Positions 12,476-23,261 of a stretch of 44,457 nucleotides of DNA are shown here, piece by piece. Within the stretch, counting starts at the first letter, position 1. Each line of letters starts with the position of its first letter. Under the pieces are notes generated by a model that was not told where the DNA came from, ran no database searches, and saw only the letters and a program-made list of their open reading frames with translations. Position numbers and translations under genes: made by a program. Source of the stretch: Catajapyx aquilonaris (taxonomy: Eukaryota); assembly GCA_000934665.2 (NCBI GenBank), contig JYFJ02000838.1:62001-106457 (forward strand), given 5' to 3'.

Positions 12476-14699
12476 GAGCACTGTTTTTATTTTAAACTAT
12501 AAAACAACAAGCTTACAATATGCAAATGCACCGAAAGTTGGTCGCTAGTTAAAAAAAAAAAAAAAAACAGGGGTTTACTAATCCCCTCTTCGTCGTTGCC
12601 ACATTTTGAACACTTTACTACACTGCATACGACAGAAAAAATAGTTTGGCTAATTTGTTTTTTCTTCAATAAGATGTTGGCGAGCAAATGTTATGGAAAG
12701 AAGTGATTGCTAAAAAAAACAGCTTATTACGGACACCTAAATCAGTGCCTTAAGCTTAATAGGGCATGTCCTGGAACTCTCACACTCCATAGTGCTCCAA
12801 AAACAAACATCTGGCCTGTGTAACGTTTCACGCTGATTAAAATTTAATTACTCGTGGTATCGATTGCAGACAACGTAATAGAATGGAGACCTATCCCATC
12901 CAGCCAGCTTAAATGTAGCCTATGAAAAGCATATCTCTCTCTCTCTGTACAACCGTACGTGAGACAGGGCCGGGTTTAAATCCTGATGGATGGTAGTAAT
13001 GACAGGAAGTTCGTCCGTGCGGTTCAGTTGGCACATTTAGAGGTTTGAGAGTTGCCGGAACAGTCCTAGCCAAGTACGACTCTTGCTTCTAATTAATATC
13101 AGGGGATTGTTATACTATGACAATTGTGTCAAAAGCAGCAGACGGTCGACGTTTGTCTCGCGAATTAGGATCAAGGCAGATAGGCATAAATATGGAAATG
13201 ATGGGGAATTTAAAAGTAAATGTATCAATATTGGCTGCTATTATATTCAAATTCAAATTCATTTGAAGCACTTCTATTTTGACCTGCTGGAAACAAGTTA
13301 TCTTTCGTTATAATAAAAAAACTAAGAATAATTATGTTTGCTTAATTGCCACATAATTGGTGAACAAATTAGTGATAAAAATGTTCACCTGCAAATTCAC
13401 AAAGATGTGACAAAAGTTCTGTGATAATTTTCAATACTTGTTTCACACTCACTGGCCATTGTTTGTGCGCATTATGTAATGTCCTGTACTATCAGTACTG
13501 GTTGCACGTTCATGTTTCATGAAGTAATTAATCATCAATTTATATAACACGTGGTTGCGGTCAAATATTGGGTAGCCACTACCTGGAAACAGATTTAGTG
13601 AAAATTTAGTCTGCCCATTGTTTGACACAAAATGATGCACCCTGTGTGAGAAAGAGAATAAGCACTCCCCTTGTAATTATGCACCATAGTGCTCCATATT
13701 AAATTATAAATTTTTGCTCCTTTGGTACGTGCCTGCACTGCCAAAAGATGATTTGATTGCAACAGTCAGAGGCACAATGTTATTCCAGAGGATTGTACAT
13801 TTGGATGTTGGGGACACAATAGCTGGCGCCGTTGGCCTTTTGTAATGGTAATGGTCCTTTCCTGAGTTGGCACCAAAGGAAAAGCGTGGCAGTAAACTTT
13901 CTATACGAAAGCAGTCTCCCTAGAGATAATCCACCATTAAATTCAGTATACTGTGGGAGACATAGAACGTGGCCGTTGTGGCTCTCGGCATGATCTACCC
14001 TAGAAATAGTGCACATGTAGATCCTTCGAAGTAGTAATCCTTCTTATTTTACCATTAAAGGATTTCCCCCAAATCCTGCGAACGTGCAAAGAAATAATAA
14101 CAGTCATATCGATTTATGCCAAATGAAGACTTTTTTAGAGAATAACTAAGCGGATTTTTACCCCCCTCCCACTTCCCCACTTCCAAATGTGAAGCCACGT
14201 TGAGTTTGTCCTGCTTACAATGCATTGGTAATTTATTCTATTAATAGCACCATGATGATATTGACCTGACAGGGAACCCGCTACAGTTCCAACATTACAT
14301 GGCAGCCACCAGCTGCACTATGGGATGGGATTAGCTAATATCGGGGTTTATTGAGCTTGTTTATTTTGTGAAGCTTCCAGCTGGATCACACACTGACCGA
14401 AATCTATAAAAGAAATTCCAACTAGATTCTTCCCTGGTAAATTTATTAGATTGCGAATCATTTCCAAATTCCATATTGCGGTTACCCACTTGTATGAATT
14501 TGACCTGGGACCATTATAACTCTCTGGTTATCTCTGACCTGTTGCAGTCCTCATGCCTCGATTTGTTCGTCGCGAAAAAATCTGACCCGATTCATTCGAC
14601 GTATCCCTAATTGAGGATTCCAACTATAGTTTGGTAATTGAGTAGGCGGGATATAGGGTCTTGCACAGAGGCCGTCCGACATGATTCCCTAGAGCACTA

Positions 14700-15572
14700 T
14701 AAGCAAGCAGGTCCTGTGCCCCGCCTGTGCCCCCACGTCCCTACTTCCTCCTCCCCATTTTACCCCATTTCAACCTCCCCTCTCGGTGGCCCCAGCATCG
14801 GCACTTCCGAGTTCTGCGCATCCGAAAAGCTCCATCGCATCCCCAACCCATCCCCCATCCAACCCATCGCCTCAGACAGGCCTAGAGGGAGCGGCAAGCT
14901 AGGCTGCGAACTGGTTGTTGGACCAAACCCAATTTTTGGCCCCCCTTGAATCTGACATTCTGACCTCTGGAGACATTGACCCAAGGGTCATTTGGAATTC
15001 GGTTGTGTGGTTTCTTTTAGTGCAAATAAGTGCGACAGTGTGGTTTTGCACGTTTTTTCATGTAATTGTTACCAAAAAAAAAAATTTGGGTTCGGAGCTG
15101 GCCATAAGGGCCATTTTGGGCAGCTTCTTCGTTCTGGTTCTGGACAGTTCCGGAACATATAACCAGAAGACGAAAGATGCTCTCGAGACCCTTGCTGTAT
15201 CGTACGGCGTTCTTTTGCTTCCGGATTGTGTTTGCTGCAGGGATCTGGAATGGAGTAATCTGGAACTAGTACTGTAAACTTTCAGCGTAAATAACAAAAG
15301 TTCTGTTAGCAATTGGAGTTGCTGACTCCTTCGGGTAGCGATTGATGACATCACTTCGTCTCTTCTAACCGGATTTGAATTTTAAAAGGAGAGGGACTCC
15401 CTCTAATCAATTTCACATCGATGTGAGTGCCGTAAGGGAGATTCTTTTCTGATCCTCTTTTTTGCGACGCGATTTCGAGTGCTCTGGAGTAGCGAATCTC
15501 ATTATTCCGCTGCTACTTGACTTACGTGAATTGTGATACTGCTGAAGGATACAGCCAAAAGAACTGGTAAGT
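14700..15572 (+). promoter_or_regulatory. Candidate promoter plus non-coding first exon ending at a 5' splice donor
   Basis: C-rich, GC-rich patch at 14710-14950 with a GC box CCCCGCC (14719-14725), then a CpG-containing leader, then TG|GTAAGT (GT at 15567) and an abrupt switch to AT-rich sequence. No clear TATA/Inr pair. Confidence 0.3.
14841..14865 (-). other. Canonical G-quadruplex motif (i-motif on the + strand)
   Basis: + strand CCCC AA CCC AT CCCCC ATCCAA CCC: four tracts of at least 3 with loops of 2, 2 and 6 nt. Confidence 0.6.
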
Positions 15573-15885
15573 TACTACAATGATTATATTTTACAAAAAA
15601 AAATGCCAAGAAATTTCTGGTATTTCAGCGAAATTTTTTCAGCTGTTCTGTCAATGTGATGAGGCTCAAAGTTTAACTGAAGAAGAAGATAGTCTCTACC
15701 AATGCAACTGGTTTTAATCAGGCGGGTTTTATAGAGCGAGTGAAAAGCTGTGGCGGCTTATGCACAGTGCCTCCTTATTATCATTACGGGGGCTCAAACC
15801 ACGGGTTCATTTGCAAGTGAAGGCCAGCCGGTTTTCCGCACAAAGACTCTTCTTCACCAGACTCCACACTTCATTTCCTGGTGCA

Positions 15886-15900
15886 CCCCCCCCCCCCCCC
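15886..15900. repeat. Poly-C tract (15 nt)
   Basis: Directly visible homopolymer. Confidence 0.95.
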
Positions 15901-16974
15901 TTCCACCCAGCTCGGAGAATTCCTTTTGCTGGGGCCGAAACAGAATGAATGGAGATCAAGTCCTGAACAGGGTCTGAATTATTGCCAAAATGAAATGGAG
16001 GGGCTTGTGGCCAATGTTGACATGATTATGGGGATGCCAGTCACAGGGAAGGCAAATAAAAAAATGGTTTAGGAGCATTTTTGGTAATTTGACTGAATGG
16101 TCCGAAATTAATGGGATTTATGGTCTTGTAAATAAGTGGAATGCAGAGAGGGTTAGGAATTATGAGGCGTTTTAATGCAAAAATATTAGGCTTATGCGAT
16201 TAAATTAGTACTCTCATACCCTTTATGGTAGTTACGTTACAGTGGGTGAGAAAAAAAAGTAATGTTGTGGATTAGGGTTGACCTCTCCCGTTTATGTTGA
16301 TGATGGCTTGTGTGCTCATTTTTATGCATTTAGACACGTATGGCGGGTAGAAAACCATGTGCAAGGGTTAGCTGTTTTAGTTATTAGGATGTGCAAAATG
16401 ACTAATATTCTCATTTGTGGTGGAAACAGTGGGGTTACTGATTGAGCACTGGTAAAATAGAGGCTGATTGGTGACTAGTTGTCAAACAGATGAGTGGAAC
16501 AGCATTTGAAATGAAAGGCGACTTGTTTTATTCCTGCCTTTACAAAAACACAGTTTAATCATAGAACTTGCTTTTGCACTCAGTCATCATCCATAGGTTC
16601 GGTGGGTGATAAATTAACCACATGACAACAAATTTCAGCTTCCATTTTTGCAAACGCCATTTTTCCATTACCCTAGTTTTTGCATGCCCCATTTAATTAT
16701 GCCATACCGGATTTAAAAAAGAAAACAGATTTAACCTGATTTCCCTTATGCTTCAAAATAGAGCTACACTTACTGCCACTATGCTGGAGGTACTAATGTG
16801 AATTGCTGACCTACATTTTGTACTGGCTGATCATGCACCTGTCTCGTCTTCACCCAACACTTGTCAGCTACTCCTTCTGACCGCGTCCTAACTCCGGAAT
16901 GTAAGTGCTGCATATCCAATCGACCGACTCTCCCTGAACTACGACAAGCACTTATATGGACATGGGCTCTCACC

Positions 16975-16982
16975 CGTGGGAA
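16975..16982 (+). promoter_or_regulatory. Su(H)/CSL consensus site abutting tandem TAATTA homeodomain cores
   Basis: CGTGGGAA runs directly into ATTAATTAATTAA. Confidence 0.3.
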
Positions 16983-19900
16983 ATTAATTAATTAAGGTGA
17001 CAGTGCACACTGTAAACAAGGCTGGTTTCAAAGGGAGTTGTAATCGAATAGATGTGAGAGGCAGCAAGGGCCGAGGGGATGTAAACCCCACCCCCCTGAC
17101 AACACGCTCTTTCCCCATGTACTCGAATTGCAAATTGGTCGTCTAGGACTTGCATATACAATAGATGGTTCGTTTCCTTGCACATTTCCTGACTAAGGCG
17201 CCAGTCTCGCTAACCTGCACTTCAATCTCTCTAGGATGCAAAGTTATGCTTAAGGGAATTTGCAACAGCGAGTATTTGACTTGCAAAGCTATCTTGCCAC
17301 CTCTCAAAACTCATTCGCGAGGTCTATCTTCTATATATAAAAAAAATTGGGGAGGATTAGAGGTGGAAAGTGTGGCTGGAATGAGTGGATTGCAGATTGC
17401 CACCTGATTTCGAATTAAAGTAGAGGATTAGCCGGAAGGAAGGAGGCAGGTGTCAAAGAAGATCCTTCAGGCCTTTTTACCATAACCTCAGTTCTGTAAT
17501 TCTCGAGAGGGTTATTCTGCAAAAGTTCAAATTTTGAGGGAAGTGTAAACTTTCGTGTCTGTGAATGCTGCATAAAAAGGGAGTTTTTTATGCTCGCTTC
17601 AGTTGGGAGTTACTTAGAAAGTAGGTTGTTCGATTTCATTTCTAGGGAATTTAAGGGAACTCTAAATTTATTTTAGCTGTTTTCAGATAATGTTGTGATA
17701 CGGTACTGTGTTATCAGGTCATGTATGCAGAAAGGAAATTATATTTTGCTATAATATTATTACACATAACATAACTGTATTGCACAGAGTTTATCACAAA
17801 CTCTCGGAAAATGTTGCATATCTAATTGAAATGTGCAGTTGGTGTTTCATACATGGCCCGGATTATTCGCATTTATCTGGAGCAGACTGTTGTTAAGCAC
17901 TACATTTCTAACGTGTTATTTGAATAAATATTTACACTGTAATAGTCGAGGTAAATGAATTGCGTTCTGTCGTCATTGCAGCACTGAACACTCATAATAG
18001 AATAACACTGTACTATTAACGTACCTTAATGCATTAACTACTACCCTAAAAACCTACAAAAACAGTAATTAGTTCACAGGTATTTAATACTGGTCGTATG
18101 GTACTGTACAAGAGTATTTTTGCCTCCGACCATTAGAGTTGCAAACAACATGTTTGAAACTTTCCGTTGTGCCGGATCGCATTGTCTTGCACTCTAACAA
18201 ATCCAGGGCATAACTGCCACAACAGAATACAAACACATCCGATTGTTTCCGAACCAGTCTGCTACAAAACAAAAAAAAAATGATGTCACATGTGACCTGA
18301 ATTTTAAAGTTTCTCCCCTAAATATGGGCCATATACCCGCCATGCCCGAGGCTGACCCGTGGCCTAAGCCTTCCATTTGAGGCCCAGAATACAAGAGCAG
18401 TGCATTAGAGGTCCCCTCAAGAACACAGATTGCATTACCCGCATTTAGAGGCAGGGGCTCCATTAAGCCGTCCGAGGTTGCTTCCTGCGACCGAGGACCA
18501 CACACCCATTTTCCTTCATATAAACGCCATCTTGGGCACGATATCCCGGGACCGGCACTTTTATCACTAATTACGAACAATTAGGTTCTCAAGAGGCCTC
18601 CGGGGCTCGAACCAAGCTTCTTGAGAGGGAGCTTCTAGGTGGAACCTCATTAAGTCTTGAGCACTCTAGGAGGAGGTTATGTGTGGACTTTTGTGCATGA
18701 TGATTCGAGAAATGGTGGGTGTTAGTTCGCGCCTTACTCAGTAATTGGTGTTATCAAAGTTCACTATTTTTTATGTGAAGGCACGAAGTTATTTTGCTGT
18801 AAGTTATACAGTATAGTGTAATTAATTGGGGTTTGGCCAATCTGAATTTTGCCCCATATGAAAGCTATAAATGGCAATACCCAACTAATTATCGGTTATA
18901 AAAAATTCCAGCAAGTTGCTTAATATAGTTTTTAAAAATTGCTGCAGTTTCGTGTGACTATAAATTTTTATGTGCTCTTGTCATGCAAAATTATTGAGCT
19001 CAGGGATTTTAACGATAGAGTGCATGGATTTAAAACTTAGTTTTAAAATCCCTATAAATTTCTAGCTAGTACCCATTTCTTATAGACATGCCATAGTAAT
19101 GTTAGGTTCACATTTTAGCTTTTTTTCAATACACTATTAAGTAAAGAGGAGTACATTTAAGGTTTTTATAGGTATAAAATTTTAGCTGGATATGCAAAAA
19201 TCATGCACCAAAGGCAATAAAAATGTGACTTATGCCAGCATATTTTACTATAAATTTCCATAACCTGCAGATGTGCAATAAAGTAGCGCATAATTAAATT
19301 AACACAAAAAAGCCTGTCACAGAGGCAAACGACAGCTTGCCTTCATTAACCACGAAGCCTTCCATACATTATTTACACCCTGATTTGTGAGGATTATACA
19401 CCCACATATTGCAGGGCTTGCAAATGTCTGACGGAGATATATGCTGCAGAGTGTCAGGTAACGTCGTGAGAGTCAATATTTGCAGAGTTGGAAGTTTTGA
19501 AACCGGAAATATTGATCCGTAACGAATCACAAGCCCTATATATTCTCATCTACAAAAGTGGAAAGACGTATGCCAACTAGCAGTACTAAAATATCTGGAG
19601 GCAACTACCCTTATAAAGTCTATTTGCTTTTGTCCCAAACACAGGTGATGTCTCCCTCTTCTTTCTCCAACCGCTTGCATTAAACAGATTACAATTCCGG
19701 TTGCAACGTTGACACAAGCGGTTGATTTTTGGCGAATCTAAACATTTGATGCGGGGAAACCCCGTCGCTTCGCGTGGACAATTATTCGAGCTAAATGCAC
19801 GCGCTTGCTTGCGACTCTCCACCCAGCTTCGCACTTAACGGCTCCCAAGTAGTGCTTTTGGCTCTCAAAATCCGCTCCCAGGGAATTGCTTCGTTGTTCT

Positions 19901-19992
19901 GCTCATTCCCACCGACCCATCTGACAGCGTCACTTTTACTCTGTAGGATCACTCGGCTCTTTTGGTGGGCTGGAAGGTTTAATTAATCGTCG

Positions 19993-20006
19993 ATTCCCAC
20001 GAGAAT
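19993..20006. promoter_or_regulatory. COE/EBF-like palindrome (1 mismatch) containing a Su(H)/CSL site
   Basis: ATTCCCACGAGAAT, 13/14 identical to the element at 4753-4766; TTCCCACG at 19994-20001. Confidence 0.3.
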
Positions 20007-23000
20007 CAACGACGTGTTGCATATTGAGCTATAGAATGTTTTAAATTTGAAATAACACTAAATATAAAATTCAAATGAACTGTTGATGGATATGAACAAT
20101 ATTGCTAGGTTTCATAGTTTCCAGATGATTCGAGGTCGGGAGCTTGATCAGGTGTGGAAACGATAAAGAGTTGAATACTTGATGCGATTTGTAACAAAAA
20201 AAGAGATTCTACGCAGCTAGAACCATCCCCAGAGTATCAAATTCCAATTCTCTTCCGTCGCACTCATGGGATTTAGGCTCTCCCCCCCCACAAAAAAGGC
20301 GGTTCTCGATCTCATCCTGCGCCTACCTTCCACGAGGCGGGATACGAAATTGACCCAAGTGGTTTCCCAGGAAAGACGGGCGCCTCTTTATGTATAACAG
20401 CCCTCTGGGATACAAGAATTTGGAGCCTTTTTGTCGGACGAGGTATTCCCGGAAGGCCCACAGACTAGCTCTTTTTCGTGGCATTTCTGGGGAATTTCAC
20501 GACGCATTGCGCTTATTATTGTGTTGTGGCAGTTTGGAAGTATATATAGTGGTGTAGGCGTAGGATTGGTTTTTTCCCTTGCGGCTGAAAAAGTAGGGAT
20601 ATGAAGAGTAATCTGTTCGTAGGAAGTTTCGTGTTTTTATATTGAAATAATTTTTAGAGCACGCACTATACTGTATATGAAAAACAATTATTTCAAAAAT
20701 CTGTTTAAAAATAGATAAACTTGTCCAAATATTCCATTTGAATTCCCTATTCATTGCGGATGCGTCATTGTCGAAAGTGGGTGAGATGAAATTTGTCGCC
20801 GATTCTTGCGGGGATTCGTGCCCCATTTCAAATAAGCGCCAGGCAGATTCCAGATGTCGTATCAGTTCGCACCTCTGTAATGAAAGTGGACAGATCTAAA
20901 CGAGGGTTTCTGATTGCATTTTGGTGTCGTCGGGGAGGAGAGAACCACGAATCGATTCTTAGCACTGTGGAGCTACATTGTAGACGAGAATATTCCCTTT
21001 TTATTTTATGGAAAATGAGGGGAGAATATGTTGAATTGTAAGTTGTATAAAAAAGATCAAAGTTTAGTGTCACACTTTACCAGAAAATGCGACTCTTGGG
21101 TCCAAAGCAAATTATTGAAACTGTCAGGTGTGTAGAATACACCCTTCTTGGATTTACATTGTTTTCAAATGTAAGAACATCAGTCGTATTTATTGAACTG
21201 TTTCTTTAATAACTCTGTCCATAAGGAATTCATGTCGAGAAGTTTTGACAGGCCACTTCAGCAATCTTTGTGTATGTTTGACGATTCGCGAAATGGGGTA
21301 CTGGAAGGAATGTCTGGATTTGTCACTTTGGCGATGTCAACAAAATATCTATATGTAAAAAATTGTAAAAGGCCCAAACACAGTACAGTACCGAATCTGG
21401 ATTGGGTTTCGACTCTGGCCCAGGACTGACTATTTCTTTTCATCTTTTTCTCCATATAGGGATTGTCAGGTTTAACTATTGTGATAACAGAGAGCCATAG
21501 TATTACATACCATAATGTAACTACACACGTACCCAAAATGAAAAAATGGGCAATCTTGACATATCGTGGTAATGATAATGGATTTCAACACAAAATTGCG
21601 ATTAGGTCAGGTAAAATATATGAATCAATATGAAGAATTTTTGAACAAAAAACGATACTTTCCTTTCCCATCATGCTCCAAAGGAAAGTAGAAAGTTTGA
21701 GGCTGAAGCAGCACCCAAAAGAAAAAGTTCGCTATTTTCTTTATAGAGATTGTCTGCCAAAAAGTCAGAAGGCTTTCAAGTCCTCCTTTGTCATAAAAGT
21801 AACGGAGGACAATACACGAACAAAAGAGTTTAGAGTTTTGAATGTCACTTGTGACGTAAAAATTGACCACCTTTTATACGATAAAGAGCTTTTGCATATA
21901 AATAAATGCCTCACATCACTACACTACTGCATCTCCTAAATAAATTGATTCCTAAGTAAGTTGTCAATATTTTGGATCCAACTCCCAGCACCAAATTTCA
22001 GATGCAAAGCCTCTTTTTTATGCCTCTTTTCTCCCCATCCTGCTGCTTCACAAGTCGCAGTGCAAATCAGACAGCTTTCTGGGGCTTTGCCGGCATGGCG
22101 ACACTTCCAAACCAATCCAAATTCCCGGATTCTCCGGGTACGAAGTGGGACGGGGGGGTTAGACGGAAGAGGCAGACGGAGGGGTAATCCTTTTAGTCGC
22201 TGGGGATGCCGTGTGTTTGACTGCCACAAGGGCTAATCAGGTGCACCGTTTGTCTTTCTTTTCTCAACCTTAGGCAGGGGTCTTTACAACCAAATTCAGG
22301 GAAATTACGATGCGTTGGTACCAGGTTGGCAAAGATAGAGTGAGCTGTTAAAATTAGTGCCTGTGTTGTGTACTAGTAAAAAGGGGATTATTGGCTGTGA
22401 TATATTTTAGAATACTAACAATAGAACTGGAATTGAGTATATCTTTATTTCTTTCGGCGGCACAATTTATATCAAGTTCTGTCGTAACATCTTAAAGTAA
22501 TTCTCCATTGCATGCTTCTGCATACATCTGATTGAAAATAATTCCTCACTTGCCAATTTCACCCCCCAAGATCTGCTTCAACCATCTGATACCCTGAACA
22601 TTATTTTGTCGTTGATGGAATGAGCCAGCATTTCCATCGCCTCCGGACTAATTCGTCCCGTCACATCCAATTACCCGGTCCCCGACGAAACATTGGTTCG
22701 GCATCGAGCGCATATTTATCCGGACCGCCATTGCCTCGTTCTCGAAACCCCATAGAGACCGAAGAGATTGATTTCAGTCACATTCGAGATTTTTTTTTTC
22801 CCCCACTCTTTTTCTTCATGTTCAGAAACACTTCGCCACCATTAATTTTTTCCTCTACTCAGCTTTCGCCATTGCAGTTCAAAACTCTCATATATTTTTT
22901 TGGCTGGACTTTATAACCGGCTACTCAAATGGACCATTTGAGCTGAACCTTACATACCCACCCACTTTTCCTCTCCCGAAACCTAATCTCATAATTCAAC

Positions 23001-23238
23001 TACGTGCTCTGGTCATTAATTAGGAACAGGGGGGTAGTGGTTTGGTGGTGGGTAGGGTAGACGTTGGGTTTGAGTTTGCTCTTCTTCGGTCAGGTGGAAT
23101 CGATATGGTCCGGTTGCGCAACTTTCGGGCTCTCTGACCAATGTCCCAACCAGTGTGCTATGTTTCATTTGTTCCGCAAGAAGAATAAACAGAAGGCTTG
23201 GCTGCTCATTTTTTTGTGTGAAGGGAGGTTCCAACATT

Positions 23239-23261
23239 GGGGGGGGGGGGGGGNGGGGGGG
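23239..23261. repeat. Poly-G tract (23 nt including one N), G-quadruplex-capable
   Basis: Directly visible. The N at 23254 shows the base calls here are uncertain. Confidence 0.9.

Noticed and set aside
12970..12986. CCGGGTTTAAATCCTGA as a tRNA/SINE B-box
   Set aside because: Degenerate, with no A-box and no cloverleaf.
17570..17593. GCATAAAAA...TTTTTATGC hairpin resembling an intrinsic terminator
   Set aside because: It is an AT-rich 9-bp stem with no upstream gene, in a eukaryotic context.
18587..18626. 11-bp stem TCTCAAGAGGC/GCTTCTTGAGA enclosing a minus-strand GGTTCGAGCCC B-box, suggesting a tRNA
   Set aside because: The T-stem pairs poorly, and there is no A-box, D arm, anticodon arm or acceptor stem.
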